A stretch of 63,993 nucleotides of DNA, filler included, from Octopus bimaculoides (lineage: Eukaryota): assembly GCF_001194135.2 (NCBI RefSeq). It is 6 parts of 6 records of this genome, joined end to end, with 100 filler letters (N's around TTAATTAATTAA, not from the genome) between each part and the next. Parts side by side here need not be neighbours in the genome. Positions count along the whole stretch, not along the records: positions 41,611 to 62,487 come from NC_068989.1; positions 62,588 to 63,993 come from NC_068986.1; 4 more parts are not named here. One strand, 5' to 3'. The notes below the pieces were generated by a model. It was not told where the DNA came from, made no database searches, and worked only from the letters and a program-made list of their open reading frames with translations. The translations under genes and the position numbers were made by a program. Positions 49,982 to 63,300 of the stretch are shown here, one piece after another; the stretch's first letter is position 1; the number at the start of each line of letters is the position of its first letter.

Positions 49982-51767
49982 AGCAAATTTCAGGCGACAT
50001 TACGAGACGCACCATTGTTAAACTCTTAGGATATTTACTGGACAAAGATAAAGGTGAGCGGTTGAAGTCTAGTTTTGGAAAACAAACGTCATCTTTTAAA
50101 AACAGAAAGGTGAAACTGTGGCAAATACAATTGCCAGCTATGAACTCTCAAAACGCTTCACTGAAGAGATGAAACCTTTTACAGATGGTAACTTTTTTAA
50201 AGACTGCTTATTGGCAGTGTTGGATATTGTTTGTTCAGAAAATAAGTTTTTATCTGAAACCATCAGTCTGTCTGCGAGAATGGTCACACGGCAAAGAGAT
50301 GTTAAAAATCAATTAGTCAACGGCCGCAGTGAATTACAATATTTTTCAATTGTAGTCGATGAGAGCAGAGACTAAAGTGAGACTGCACAACTTGTTGTCT
50401 TTGTGCGAGGAGTGACTTCAAATTTTCAGATCTTTGAAGAATTTATTCAGTTAATTCCTATGAAGGAAACCGTAACCGGAGCAGATATCTCGGAAGCTTT
50501 GTTGAAAATGATATTAGAAATCAAGTTTGATTTTTCGAAGCTAATTGGCATTGCAAATGATGGTACCCCAGCAATGGTAGAAAAAAAAGGCATTGTTGCA
50601 CTACTGCAAGAACATATATGAAATCATTGGAATTGCACATAAACTTATCCATCAAGTGATATTCTGTGCCAAGTTTTTGAAATTTAAGAATGTTATGGAA
50701 ATTGTTATGAAGGACGTGAAACTAATCCTATCTCGTAGATTAAATTATCGTCAATTTAAAGTTGTTGCTGGATACTGAGGCGGAATATGATGACCCCGCA
50801 TTTTTCTGCGATATTTGCTGGCTTAGGCGAGGATCAGTGTTAAAAGGAGTACTTGCCTTACAAAAAGAAGTGGCAATATTTATCAAAAGCAAACTTGTGG
50901 TTAGTTCACATTTTCGAGATCCTGATTGGCATTTATTGTGGATGTTTTGACTCATTTAAATGACTTAAATTTAAAAGGTCAATATAAAACTCAGCTCATA
51001 AATAAAATGCATAACCGTATTGTTGCCTTTGAAAAAAGCTACAGTTGTAGCAACATCAAAATCCAAATAAAAATGATGCACATTTTCCATCATTTCAAGG
51101 AAGGAAAACAGGGTTGAGAGGGTTTTGTGGGTATAATCCATGATTTGCTAAGTGAATTTGCATCACGCTTTCTGACTTTCGTCTGCATGAAAATCAGTTT
51201 AAATTGTTTGCTACACCATTTGATGTGGAGGTGGAGACAGTATCAGAATGTTTTCTGATGGAATTGATTGTTATGGAATGTGATGACCTATTGACATCTA
51301 AACTTCATTCTAAAGATGTTTCATTGATTGACGTCTTATCAAGATATATTTTTCCGAGTGGGAAGTATACGAACTTAGTGAATCATACAAAAATCATGGC
51401 ATCTTTGTTTGGAAGCACTTATCACTGTCTGAGCAATTATTTTCCAAAGTGAAGCAAACTAAGAGCAATTTGAGAACAATTTTGACTGATAATCATCTTG
51501 ATAATATCATGCGAACGGCATCAACAAGTTTAAAACCTAATATTGAGAAACTTTCAAAGAATTAAAAACATCAATTTTCCCCTTAATTTTTTGGCTTTTC
51601 GCCTTAATGTTCCATTTAATGTTTTCTTTTATTCTTTTATATGTTTCATCATTGAGGCCGTAGCTTGTGCGATTTTCCATACTCATTATTTTATGGCCTT
51701 CGTCTGGCCCGCTATCCTTCAATAATACTTATCCGGCCCGTGGAAGCAAAGAAGTTGCCGTCCCCTG
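49982..51767 (+). mobile_element. hAT (Charlie/SPIN/GTF2IRD2-like) transposon fossil with right TIR; left end in gap
   Basis: NFRRHYET, KPFTDGNFFKDCL, FSIVVDESRD, NDGTPAM, HKLIHQVIFCAK, ICWLRRGSVLK, SLFGSTYHC; right end GTTGCCGTCCCCTG. Confidence 0.9.
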
Positions 51768-51902
51768 GTATATGTGGGCTGAATGTTTTACATTACTTCA
51801 CAGAGCTGAACACGTCTATCTTTTTGGAGATATACAGATTGTTGTTTAAATTGAAATTGTGAGCATTTATTCTCCCTCTGGAATAAATAGACTTCATATA
51901 AT

Positions 51903-52321
51903 CTTTTACTCTTTTACTTGTTTCATTCATTTGACTGTGGCCATGCTGGAGCACCGCCTTTAGTCGAAGAAATCGATCCCAGGACTTATTCTTTGTAAGC
52001 CTAATACTTATTCTATCGGTTTCTTTTTGCTAAACCGCTATGTTACGGGGGCGTAAATACACGAGCATCGGTTGTCAAGCGATGTTCGGAGGACAAACAC
52101 AGACTAACAAACATATATACATACACACATACATAAATATATATATATACATATATACGACGGGCTTCTTTCAGTTTCCGTCTACCAAATCCACTCAAAT
52201 GGCTTTGGTCGGCCCGCGGCTATAGCAAAACACACTCGCCCAAGGTGCCACGCAGTGGGACTGAACCCAGAACAATGTGGTTGGTAGGCAAGCTACTTAC
52301 CACACAACCACTCCTGCGCCT
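51903..52321 (-). mobile_element. SINE-A, full length
   Basis: Reverse complement of 9407-9808. Confidence 0.9.
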
Positions 52322-54007
52322 ATGTACAATATATGTCCAATACGTATCTTTCACCTTTTTCTCGTTACTCTCACCAGATTGTATTTGTATCCCGTGCACA
52401 ATGCTGGATCTTCTATCATTCACTATCATTTTCCCTCAGTATGGAGTACTGCATAACTTTTCTTCTTCTCAACATGGTGTACCACTTAAAAACTCTTTCT
52501 GATCATGGATTTACCTAAAGAAGACCCAATCCAACTGGATTTAATTTGACCCCGCCACACTCCTGGACTAAATGAAACACAAAAAATATCATTACTGAGC
52601 AACATTCTAACCTATGTTTCTATGATGAAGGGATACCCAACTAATAGAGACATCGCTCGATATGATGCTCCAATAGCTGGGATATCCCAGAAACAGCTGT
52701 TACAAACTATCTTTACCAGTTTTGTGGTATTTTACCATTCGTTATGTAGGTAAATTTTTAGATTGAAATCAAATGTCCTTGTTCCGCTTTGACTAATCGT
52801 TTGCCCACACTCACTATTTTAGCATATATATATATATATATACATTACTAGTGTATCACTTGCCCTACAAGAAGTAAAAGGGAAATGAGAGAAAAAAAGT
52901 AAGTCTGCTATAACTCTCAGTCATACGTGTTTGTTATTTTATCATGGTATTCGGAAAAGCGCTCTGAATTTGATTTGTTGTGAAAGCATTTTTGTATCTA
53001 GTTTTATTATATTTCTTATCTCTTATGTTTCAGGAGCTCCTGCTTCAGTTGAGACATATTTAAAAGAAAAAGACATGAAATTATATAACGTTATGAAAAT
53101 TCACACTTAAGGAAACACGGCTAAACAATGGCACGTATCCTTTTTATAGGAAGGACAATGCGTGAATATGATCAATCAACTTTTCTAAGTCCATATTGAA
53201 GTAATTCTACTCTAAAATAGCTTTTAATTAAACAGTTTAATATAACACCCACTTGCTAACATGCAGGGCCTCTGATCTTATTCAGTCGAATTATTCAAGA
53301 TGTGGAAATATTTTATGACTGCAAGTTGATGACGAAATTATTTAGTTCTACTATGGTCTTCTGTATGGTCTGTTGTTAAATTTCTATGCATTACACATCA
53401 AATTTACTCCTGTAATTCACCAGTGTATTGTTAAACTATAAAGTGCATTGCGTTTAGTCATCTATTGTTTATTACCTTAATTATTGTAAGCTTCTATAGA
53501 ATGTAGAAGGTATTAATTATTAATACGGATATACATTTCAACTAGTCTGTATTACTGAAGTTCTTACGGTATTTTCACTGAATCGGATGAAAGACGCCTA
53601 ATTCCTCCAACATTTCACTTCTTAAGCATTAACCGCTTCATTTCTTCCTTTGCTATAATTTTCTTCCTCTCTAAACAACCTAGAGAGGAAAGACAATTGT
53701 CATATTATTGGAGTTGTTCTAATAGAGAATACTCACACTGATTTCAGTCGTTTCTGATAATTTTGTAGTAATTCATTTTAAAACAATAATGTTCTATGTA
53801 ATAACTAGCATACGCGTCAAGAACGCAGACAATATTATTAGAAAATGACTCATCACCATAATTGGAGAGACCATTGATAAATATTAACCAATGTAATAAA
53901 TAGATGTACACACAGAATTCAAGCACTTGAAGAATCTGACACGGTTGTAACGTCTCGGTTGAAAACATCTTCCATTTAATGTATATATATATATATATAT
54001 ATATATG

Positions 54008-54170
54008 TTGGGCTGGCCATGTCATCAGAATGAGTGACGAAAGAATACCCAAGACCTTCATGTACGGCCAGCTTGAGAGTGGGTAAAGGGAATTTGGGCG
54101 ACCATGGCTCTGACGTGCTGAAGAGTAACTTCGTAGCAATGAAGACAGCTCACAGCACCTTTGAGCGCAC
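54008..54170 (+). mobile_element. RTE LINE fragment
   Basis: WAGHVIRMSDERIPKTFMYGQLESG*REFGRP is typical RTE post-RT sequence. Confidence 0.8.
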
Positions 54171-55647
54171 GATTTAATATGAAACTTTTAGGAATGCTAT
54201 GCTAGCAATTGCCGTTCAAATACTCCAAGCTATAAATTAATGTTAATTCTGTATGATATGCAGGTCAACCCTTTTCTCTCTCATTAATAAATATACAGCT
54301 ATAATATACTGGTCTTTCTGCAATTGAATACATTGCCACGTTCTTATTAATTATTTTACTGCAGCTCAATTTATATGTCCATATCTATCTACACTGGAGG
54401 AATTTCAATAAACTATTTTTGTATGTTTGTAACTAGATAGTCTTTTTTTTTTTTCACTTTATTACACTAAAACGATTCATCGTAGTACGATAAAGCTCAT
54501 ACTTATATCTGAAAGCGAGACATTTTTCTAGATACAATAACCCGTTAACGAGTTGATAAAATATGAAGTGTGACAATCTGATGCATCGACATCAAACTTT
54601 CTATTATATTTTCTATCAAGATATGTAGTCTCATTTGATAAAGGCATGACATCAACAATTTTACAATTGGGGAACAGGACTTCAGAAGGCAGGAGGAATT
54701 AAGAGAGTCAAAAGGAGATAAAGATCCGAATGTATGAGTTTATGTGTATGCGTGTGTGCCTGAGTGCCTGTGTATATATGTGTGTGTATGAAGATTAGAA
54801 TATTCTCAGACTGATGTGAATACTGATGAGGTAATAAATTTCGTTTTAATGACATGATAAGCAACGCTTCCAAATTGGCTTGTTTATTCTCCTGTTATAT
54901 TTGTTCTCGTTTTACTGCATTATATATATATATATACCGATTCAGGATATAAATAATTTTTATTTTCCTCCGTGGTTTTGTCGTCGACACGGTTATTCTA
55001 ATTGCTATCTGTATAAGTAACACTGATGCCTTAATGCTTTGTTCTATATTGATACTACTAACATTATTATCGTTGCTATAACTATTTTTGCTGTGTCGTT
55101 ATTTCCCGCCTTCGAAAATGGCTGCCCATGGCATTATTCTGCTAATTACCATGTCCAATTAGATATGCATAAGTTGCTTGTATTTCAATATTTATTCAAT
55201 ACTTTAGATTCTTATAGTGTCTTGAATGTAAGAACTAAAAGAGAAAGAAGAAAGAAAGAAGGAAAGAAAGAGAGAAAGAAAGAAAAGAAATACCAAATTA
55301 ATATAAAGCTTTCAGTGAATTATTTATGTTTTTGTTTTATGAAATACATGGTGGTGTTTCTGGAGAACTGTATACCCAGAAGGTAATATTCTGAAGATGC
55401 TGCTTCTCATGAATATATTGATGTCTCATCATTCTCCTATAATTAAAGATTTCTTCTTTCTTTTTTTTTTTTGGCTACAGGTTGTCTTGTCTTTCATTCA
55501 AGTCACTTCTTTGGTGCGGTGATTATCATCATGAATAATACCACGATGGACTTTATTGTCAAAAAAAATATATAAAAAAAATATAAACTACCGTAAAGAA
55601 GGCTTCGGACGTTTCCATCAAACAAAGAAGATATAATGTAGAGGTTG

Positions 55648-55722
<75 letters not shown>

Positions 55723-55724
<2 letters not shown>

Positions 55725-56404
55725 TGGGAATAAACGGATGAGATGATATACAACATGCCACTATGGAGAAAAAAACAAGAAAGGAGTATTATAGGAGAAT
55801 AAGAGTCATACTGAAAACTGAACTCAACTCCAAAATTCGCATCGAAACCATTGAAAGCCTGTCACTTCCAGTAGTCCAATATCGTTTTAACATCATTAGC
55901 TGGAACCTTAAAGATCTCCAACGCCTGGACGGGAAAACAAGTAAACTACTAAAATCTAAGTACGTGCACCACCCGAAAGCGTATGTTGATTGCCTCTACC
56001 TACTTAGATGTAATGGGGAAGTTTCCATTAAATTAGGTACCGATGCTAACATCAAAGAGCTTGACCTAGAAGAAAATTATAAATACCTGGGTATAAACAT
56101 AGGAGATTGTATACAACATGCTACTATGGAGGAAAATATAAGAAAGGAACATTACAGCAGAACAAGTGCCATACTAAAAACGGAACTCAACGCCAAAATT
56201 CGCATTGAAGCCATACATACCCTAGCACATCCAGTGGTCCAATATAGTTTTAACATCATTAAACCCGTAGGCATCATCGAAAATGATAATACAAAGATCC
56301 TGTTTGATTTTGTGATTCAGTGCGACCATGAGATAGAGAATAGAAAGCCAACTATAGTCTTAATTCAGAAGGAAAGCAAAAGATGCTGGCAACAAGGCTT
56401 GTGA
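55723..56404 (+). mobile_element. Scrambled R4/Dong LINE pieces forming a 213-codon open frame (55763-56404), preceded by (TAA)n
   Basis: RKEYYRR...HPKAYVDCLY, then NYKYLGI...RKEHYSR (repeat of the first block), then KILFDF...DHEIENRKP. Confidence 0.85.
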
Positions 56405-56409
56405 TAAGG

Positions 56410-56482
56410 AAGAAAGAAAAGTCGACGTTGTCGGAATTTGAACTCAGAACGTAGCGACGGGCGAAATACTGTTAAGCATTCA
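56410..56482 (-). mobile_element. SINE-B fragment
   Basis: AAAGTCGACGTTGTCGGAATTTGAACTCAGAACGTAG. Confidence 0.7.
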
Positions 56483-57149
56483 ACTCATGTAGTAAATAGA
56501 ATACCGCAGTCAAGAGCAAACGGGAAGACATCAAACAGAGGAAGATAGATAAATGTGAATAGATCAAAGGTGAATAAACTCATACAGTGAATGACCAATA
56601 AAATGAAGAAAGCCCACAACATATGACATAGAAGTCCGGTACATTACAGAAGAATACAACCTTCACTGCACAAACAACACAATAAAATAATACTAATAAA
56701 ACAAAAGACTGAAACTAAACCCCATGACAAAACATACTGATGCAATACAATATCCCTAAAGGAAAAACAGGAAACAATTGAGACACACGCGCATCACCAG
56801 CACAAAAGCGCAACAAGTAATGCAATAGAAAGTTACTTGAAACTATCAAATGTCAAAAAAAAAAAAATAGCACTGGTGATAACGATAGTGACGCGGATTG
56901 CGTTATTTCAGTTTCTGTGAGACAAGAGTTTTCCAAGAAACCGTAATTGTAACAGCGAAAATGAAGTTGGACCTTTTAAGAGAAGGCCTCTCGCTCAGCA
57001 ATAGTTCATTAAAGATGCAGACTGACTGCAGCTACTATCTAAGACAACATCAAGAGTTAATAGAGTAAGGAGAAGGAAATATGGACAAGCGAAGAAAACA
57101 AGATAGTGATACAGTACTACTTAGAAAGTGAACCGAAAAGAGTAGTTTA

Positions 57150-58630
57150 GAGAAAACGAGTGTTAATACTTTGGTTAGAGAAGGGTATGGTTAAAGTGAC
57201 TGAGTAGAGAATATTAGGTCGAGCTAATGGTATTAAGAGAAGAAATCGGGTGACAGAATTGGCGGTGGAAGAGATCACAAGAGAACTGGGAAAGAAAAAT
57301 CAGGCAGTAGGAAAGACAAACAACAACATAAGAGATACAGCTCAAACTAAAGCAGAACTTACAGGAAAAATATTGATACCGGTACCAATAAGGAAGGGAC
57401 AACTGGCACCAGCGAATTAAGTGATCTGAGGATATTCAGAAGTATATAGATGAGTTGCGTGGAGGTGCAATGGCCCAGTGGTTATGGCAGCGGACTCACG
57501 GTCATAGGATCGCAGTTTCGATTCCCAGACCGGGCGTTGTGAGTGTTTATTGAACCAAAACACCTAAAGCTCCACGAGGCTCCGGCAGGGATGGTGGCGA
57601 ACCCTGCTGTACTCTTTCACCACAACTTTCTCTCACTCTTACTTCCTGTTTATGTTGTGCCTGTAATTCAAAGGTTCAGTCTTGTCACACTGTGTCACGC
57701 TGAATATTCCCGAGAACTACGTTAAGGGTACACGTATATGTGGAGTGCTCAGCCACTTGCACGTTAATTTCACGAGCAGGCTGTTCCGTTGATCAGATCA
57801 ACTGGAACCCTCGACGTCGTAAGCGACGGAGTGCCAACATAGATGAGTCCCAAGGAGTATTGAGTAAATAATTAAGAAAAATATTGCCAGCGTTAAAAGG
57901 TATCAACAGAAGGGAGTTGCTAGATATTACTATGAAAGTAGACTGTGTCATCAGTAGGATAGATACTAAAAATATAGGAGACACTAACCTATTGATCTAT
58001 GCAGGAAAGGTACTAATTTCTAGAAGTGTAGATATTCCACAGGTAATGAAGAGAAAAGTGCAAATATGGAAATTGAGTTTACAAAATAAAGTGACGTCTT
58101 TCCGCCAACATCTGAGTAGAATCGAAGCCTGGAAACTGAATCAGAAAGGAAACACAAGATTTAAATCTTCTCTTGAGAAAATATACTTAGTCAAAGAGAA
58201 ACGATTTGGGTCAGACATAGAAAAGTTGAAACAGCGTATCATAGAAATAGCAGGTAAAATTTCCAAATATCAGAAAATAATAGATCAGTGTTAACGGAAT
58301 AGATTATTTGACGCAGACTAGAGGATATTTTATAACCAAATAAATAAAGGAGAAGAAAGTATTGAAGATGAAATACCTAATGCACAAGAGGCTGTAAAGT
58401 TCTGGAGTAGTATTTGCAATAAGTCGGTCAACGACGTTGGAGATGCAGTGTGGTTTAAGAAAGTGAAGGAGGAAATAGTGGATGAGAAGCAATCACATCT
58501 ACGACTACCTAGTGCATTCATGTGTAACGTGTTAGGGAAAATGCTGAATTGTATGGGGCCAGGACCAGATTTAGTTAAGGGTACAGGCTAAAGAAATTTA
58601 GTACTTTACATGGGAGGCTGAGGGAGCAAT
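57150..58630 (+). mobile_element. R4/Dong LINE N-terminal ORF fragment interrupted by SINE-C
   Basis: DTNLLIYAG, WKLSLQNKV, IEKLKQRI, NRLFD, FWSSI, GPGPDLVKGY. Confidence 0.82.
57456..57838 (+). mobile_element. SINE-C, full length, with 10-bp TSD
   Basis: A box TGGCCCAGTGG, B box GTTTCGATTCC; TSD ATAGATGAGT at 57446-57455 and 57839-57848. Confidence 0.92.
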
Positions 58631-58639
58631 TTCAGATTG

Positions 58640-58849
58640 CCGTTTTTAAAGTTAATAGCGTTCCGTTCATCATTATACACACCCATCACATTCTGTTAAA
58701 ACCACTTATTGATGAGTTTGGTTTCTTTCTTTCCCTGATGAGAAGAATACATTGTTTCACACTATTCTATTCCTTTGGAATAATAGTAATGTTGTCTTCG
58801 AAACAGATGTCGGAAGTAACAGAATTTGAACACCTGCGTTTAACTCTAT

Positions 58850-58870
<21 letters not shown>
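58640..58870 (+). repeat. Hammerhead-bearing dispersed repeat, copy 2
   Basis: Homologous to 18950-19178. Confidence 0.75.
58730..58816 (+). ncRNA. Minimal type I hammerhead ribozyme, intact core
   Basis: UUUCC-CUGAUGA(58735)-GAAGA...UCUUC-GAAAC-AGAU-GUC(58811)-GGAAG. Confidence 0.75.
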
Positions 58871-58880
<10 letters not shown>

Positions 58881-58910
58881 TATGTATGTATGCATGCTCA
58901 TATACACACG

Positions 58911-58964
<54 letters not shown>

Positions 58965-59046
58965 AGTGTGTGTGTGTATTGACGTTTATTTACATATGCA
59001 TACACTTATACATATATGTGCATGTATTTGACGGTAGTTGTGCGTC

Positions 59047-59089
<43 letters not shown>

Positions 59090-59862
59090 TTCCATGCAGA
59101 TCTATACAGCATTTTCACAAGATGAAAAGAAAAATTAGTATATTTAGTTTTAGATTCTTCATGCATTGAATAAGCATTTATTGAATGTGGATACACCATT
59201 TCAAACGAACTTTTCCACCAGAATTTACCTGGCTTTTTTCTACATAATTATGCACGAAATCAATTTGGATTCAAATTTGAAGTACTAAATAATTTTTAAT
59301 TATTGCTTGTAATATGTTTGTTCTAAATAGCAATTAACTCCTGTTGCTGCTATTTACTGCATTCTAAATATCTGCTACTCCCGAATAATGCGAGGGAAAA
59401 TTATTCAAAATAATGAAAAATATCAATGTAATGAATACATAATTTACTCTGAAATAATTTGGATTAAGAAATACATTCCTAAATATGCTTACTTATTTCT
59501 ATATTGATTGCAAGCATTTATATCAGACAATACATTCTTGAGAATTGGGTCTCGTACGAATGCTATACTTTTCAAAACTATTAATGAAATCTGTTCTTTT
59601 AAATACATTTAATTCAATATTGCATTAAATATTTTACTGCAAATAAAAATGAAATATGTATATGAAAATTTTAAAGCATAATATTATATCACACTAAGCT
59701 GTGAAAAAGTATTTCTAAAATTATTCTTTACATTACGTACGACTTGACTAACATCATTGCAATATTTTCGTTACTACCAGTTCGTAATACTGGTTTGAAA
59801 TTTCAGCACAAGCTCAACATATTCTGTGGTGGGTGTATGTCTATTTATATTTTAGGCTTTTA

Positions 59863-60298
59863 GCTGGCGGCTGGTCAGCCCGCCGGGAAAAATGTTTAGC
59901 TGTAACTCGTTCGTCTTTACGTTCTAATTTCAAATTCCCCCGAGTCGACCTGGCCTTTTGTCATTTTGGGTTCAATAAATAAGTATCATTTGAGCACTGG
60001 AGTCGATATAATCGACTTACATCTTCCCCCGAATTTTCCGTCCCCGTGCAAAATTTGAAATCAATATTATCAAAAGCTAATGTGGTGAGCTGGTAGAACC
60101 TTTTAGAACGTCGGGCAAAAAATACTTCACAGCTTATCGTCTAACTCCATGATCTCAGTTCAAACTCAGGTTAGGTGCACTTCGACTTTTATCCATTCGG
60201 GTTTGATAAAATAAGTACCAGCCTGCGACTGAGCGTCGATGTAATCGTCTTAAATCTTCATCCGAAATTGTTGTTCTTGTGACAAAATTTGAAATCAA
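59863..60298 (+). mobile_element. Two diverged SINE-B copies in tandem (59863-60066, 60078-60298)
   Basis: Each has the CTGG..AG head, TTCAAA B-box region and GTCGAT.TAATCG...AAAATTTGAAATCAAT end. Confidence 0.72.
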
Positions 60299-61132
60299 TA
60301 TTAATATACATATCCAATATACTGCATTTTAAAACAATATCAGATAAAACAATATTAATTTACATAATGTGTTGAGTAGACAGGTAAACTATACTTCAAT
60401 GTATCAAATATCTGTAAAGAAATTGCTTTAGTTTCTATACTTGTAAAATGACCTACAGCAATAGGGGCAATTGTTATATGAAAGTAATTTTATCTCAAGA
60501 AAAAAGTGAACAAAAAACACTGCATATAAATTTAGTCTGCACTGTGAACAAAGCACCAATCATGGCTAGAAAATTTTATTATCGACAATAATTGAATTAA
60601 AATGATTATTGGCAAATGTTTTTGTGGTAACAAAAATATGTAAGTAGCATATAAATCTTGGTTAAATAAGCAGTTGTGAATATTAAACTGTCAAATTCAC
60701 AAATATCATGTTGTTAGAAGTGCAGCAATTTATTAACAGAACTCATAAAAAAATATATCTCCTTTTTTTTCGGAAAGTATATGTACTTTCCTTCTCTCTT
60801 GCACCCACATGTATGCATGTATGTATGTATATATGTATGCATGTGTGTATGTGCTTATGTATGTATGTATGTATGCATGTATGTATGAATGTATGTATGT
60901 ATGTACGTATGCATGTATGCACTTATGCATGTATATATGTATATACGTATGAATGTATGTAGGTATGTAGGTAGGTAGGTAGATAAATAGGTAGATATTA
61001 TTATACACATATACAGATGTATATGTGTATGTGTGCAAGAGATAAATACATAGATTACCCCCAGTCATATTAGCGGCGAGTTTTAATATATGCAATAGCA
61101 ATAAGTAGATAAATTGATGTCTAGATGTCTAG

Positions 61133-61212
<80 letters not shown>

Positions 61213-61774
61213 GGAACATGTAGGCATATATGGATTGTATGGAAGTATGTGTAAACATACATGCTAGCAGACAACACTGACTCTCATATTTAGGAGAGAA
61301 AAAGAAATCTTTAAAGAGAATTTGCCAGTATATCCTTAGCTTATTGCATGCACATAAAAATCTGTTGTCGCTGAACTGTAATTCATCACTTGTTTCTAAT
61401 TTATTGAAACATTATTTGAAGGCGCACCATTGTTTTCCTCATTGTCGGTTGTAATTACATGGAACATCGTATTCTTATCCTATCAAGTGTTTTCGTTGGT
61501 ACACTCGCGCNNNNNNNNNNNNNNNNNNNNNNNNNNNNNNNNNNNNNNNNNNNNNNNNNNNNNNNNNNNNNNNNNNNNNNNNNNNNNNNNNNNNNNNNNN
61601 NNNNNNNNNNNNNNNNNNNNNNNNNNNNNNNNNNNNNNNNNNNNNNNNNNNNNNNNNNNNNNNNNNNNNNNNNNNNNNNNNNNNNNNNNNNNNNNNNNNN
61701 NNNNNNNNNNNNNNNNNNNNNNNNNNNNNNNNNNNNNNNNNNNNNNNNNNNNNNNNNNNNNNNNNNNNNNNNNA

Positions 61775-61830
61775 CTATGCCAGAGGGTACCGAAACACTT
61801 GTATTGCAATAAATAAGTGTTAAACACTCC
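61775..61830 (+). ncRNA. Possible 3' half of a hammerhead motif at gap edge
   Basis: TACC-GAAAC-ACTT-GTA-TTGC followed by AATAAA; the 5' half would lie in the N gap. Confidence 0.3.
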
Positions 61831-62172
61831 TAATTCTGTAAGAAGTGCACAATATATATACGCTGACAAGGTGTTTCCCTAATTATTCCATCTCCTTATA
61901 TGCATATATGAGTACAAGATGTCATCAAGAGTAAACAACATGAAATACGAAAACAAATGAGTTAAATACGCAATTGACGAGAGTAAAATGGAAAACAAGA
62001 CAAGTAATACATAGAATACAAACAACGACCCTTCATCAGTTGTATTGTTTTCCGTTAATTTCATTCGTTATTTGCGTATTTAAGTCATTTATTATCGTAT
62101 TTAATGTTGTTGACTGCTGGTGACGTCCTAAACCCATGTAAACGTGTGTGTGTGTGTATATATATATATATA

Positions 62173-62446
62173 TCGGCGCAGGAGTGAGTGTGTGGTAAGT
62201 AACTTGCTTACCAACCATATGGATCCGGGTTCAGTCCCACAGCGTGGCACATTAGGCAAATGCCCCTACTATAGGCCCGGACTTCTTTCAGTGTTCTTCT
62301 TCCAAATCCACTTCCAAGTCTTTGGTTGGCTCGAGGGTATAGTAGAAAGCCACTTTTCCAAGTTTCCACGTAGCTGGACTGAAGCCGGGACCATGTGCTT
62401 ACAAGCAAACTTCTTACCGCATAATCACGTCTGTACACACACACAC

Positions 62447-62487
<41 letters not shown>

Positions 62488-62805
62488 NNNNNNNNNNNNN
62501 NNNNNNNNNNNNNNNNNNNNNNNNNNNNNNNTTAATTAATTAANNNNNNNNNNNNNNNNNNNNNNNNNNNNNNNNNNNNNNNNNNNNATATATCCATGTA
62601 TCTTTGTGTCTGTGTTTGTTCCCTCACCACCGCTTGACAACCGGTATTGGTGTGTTTGTGACTCCGTAACCTAGCGGTTCGGCAAAAGACCCCGATAGAA
62701 TACGTACCAGCTCTTAAAAAAAGTACTAGGGTCGATTCCTTCGACTAAAAATTCAAGGCCGTGCCCCAGCATGGTCACAATTTAGTGACTGAAACAAGTA
62801 AAAGA
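62173..62805. mobile_element. SINE-A cluster: + head (62173-62280), - head (62281-62430), + 3' body (62590-62805)
   Basis: Direct and reverse matches to 9407-9808. Confidence 0.8.
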
Positions 62806-62822
62806 ATGAATATGTATATTTC

Positions 62823-63148
62823 GTTGCACTCCGTCGGTTACATCGACGAGGGTTCCAGTTGATCCGATCAACGGAACAGACTGCTCGTGAAATTAACGTG
62901 CAAGTGGCTGAGTACTCCACAGATACATGTACCTATAACGTAGTACTCGGGGAGATTCAGCGTGACAAGGGTGGCCCTTTGAATTACAGGCACAACAGAA
63001 GCAGGAAGAAAGAGTACAGCATGGTTCACCACCCCCTGCCGGAACCTCGTGGACCTTAGGTGTTTTCGCTCAACGTCCGGTCTGGGAATCGAAACCGCGA
63101 TCTTATGGCTGTGAATCCGCTGCCCTAACCACTGGGTCATTGCGCCTT
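62823..63148 (-). mobile_element. SINE-C
   Basis: Reverse complement of 57456-57838 with small deletions. Confidence 0.88.
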
Positions 63149-63199
63149 CGCCATATATACATATGTGTGTGTGTGTGTATGTTACAAGCAGAGAGAAAT

Positions 63200-63300
63200 T
63201 GGTCCTAGTACTTGACAGTTACTTTGAACTCTGAACGCGAAGAGCTGAAACAAATACCCACAAGGCATTTACCAACACTCTCGTGATCCTGCCGACCGAC
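63200..63300 (-). mobile_element. Diverged SINE-B head
   Basis: TTTGAACTCTGAACG...AAATACC...GCATTT...CTGCC. Confidence 0.45.
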
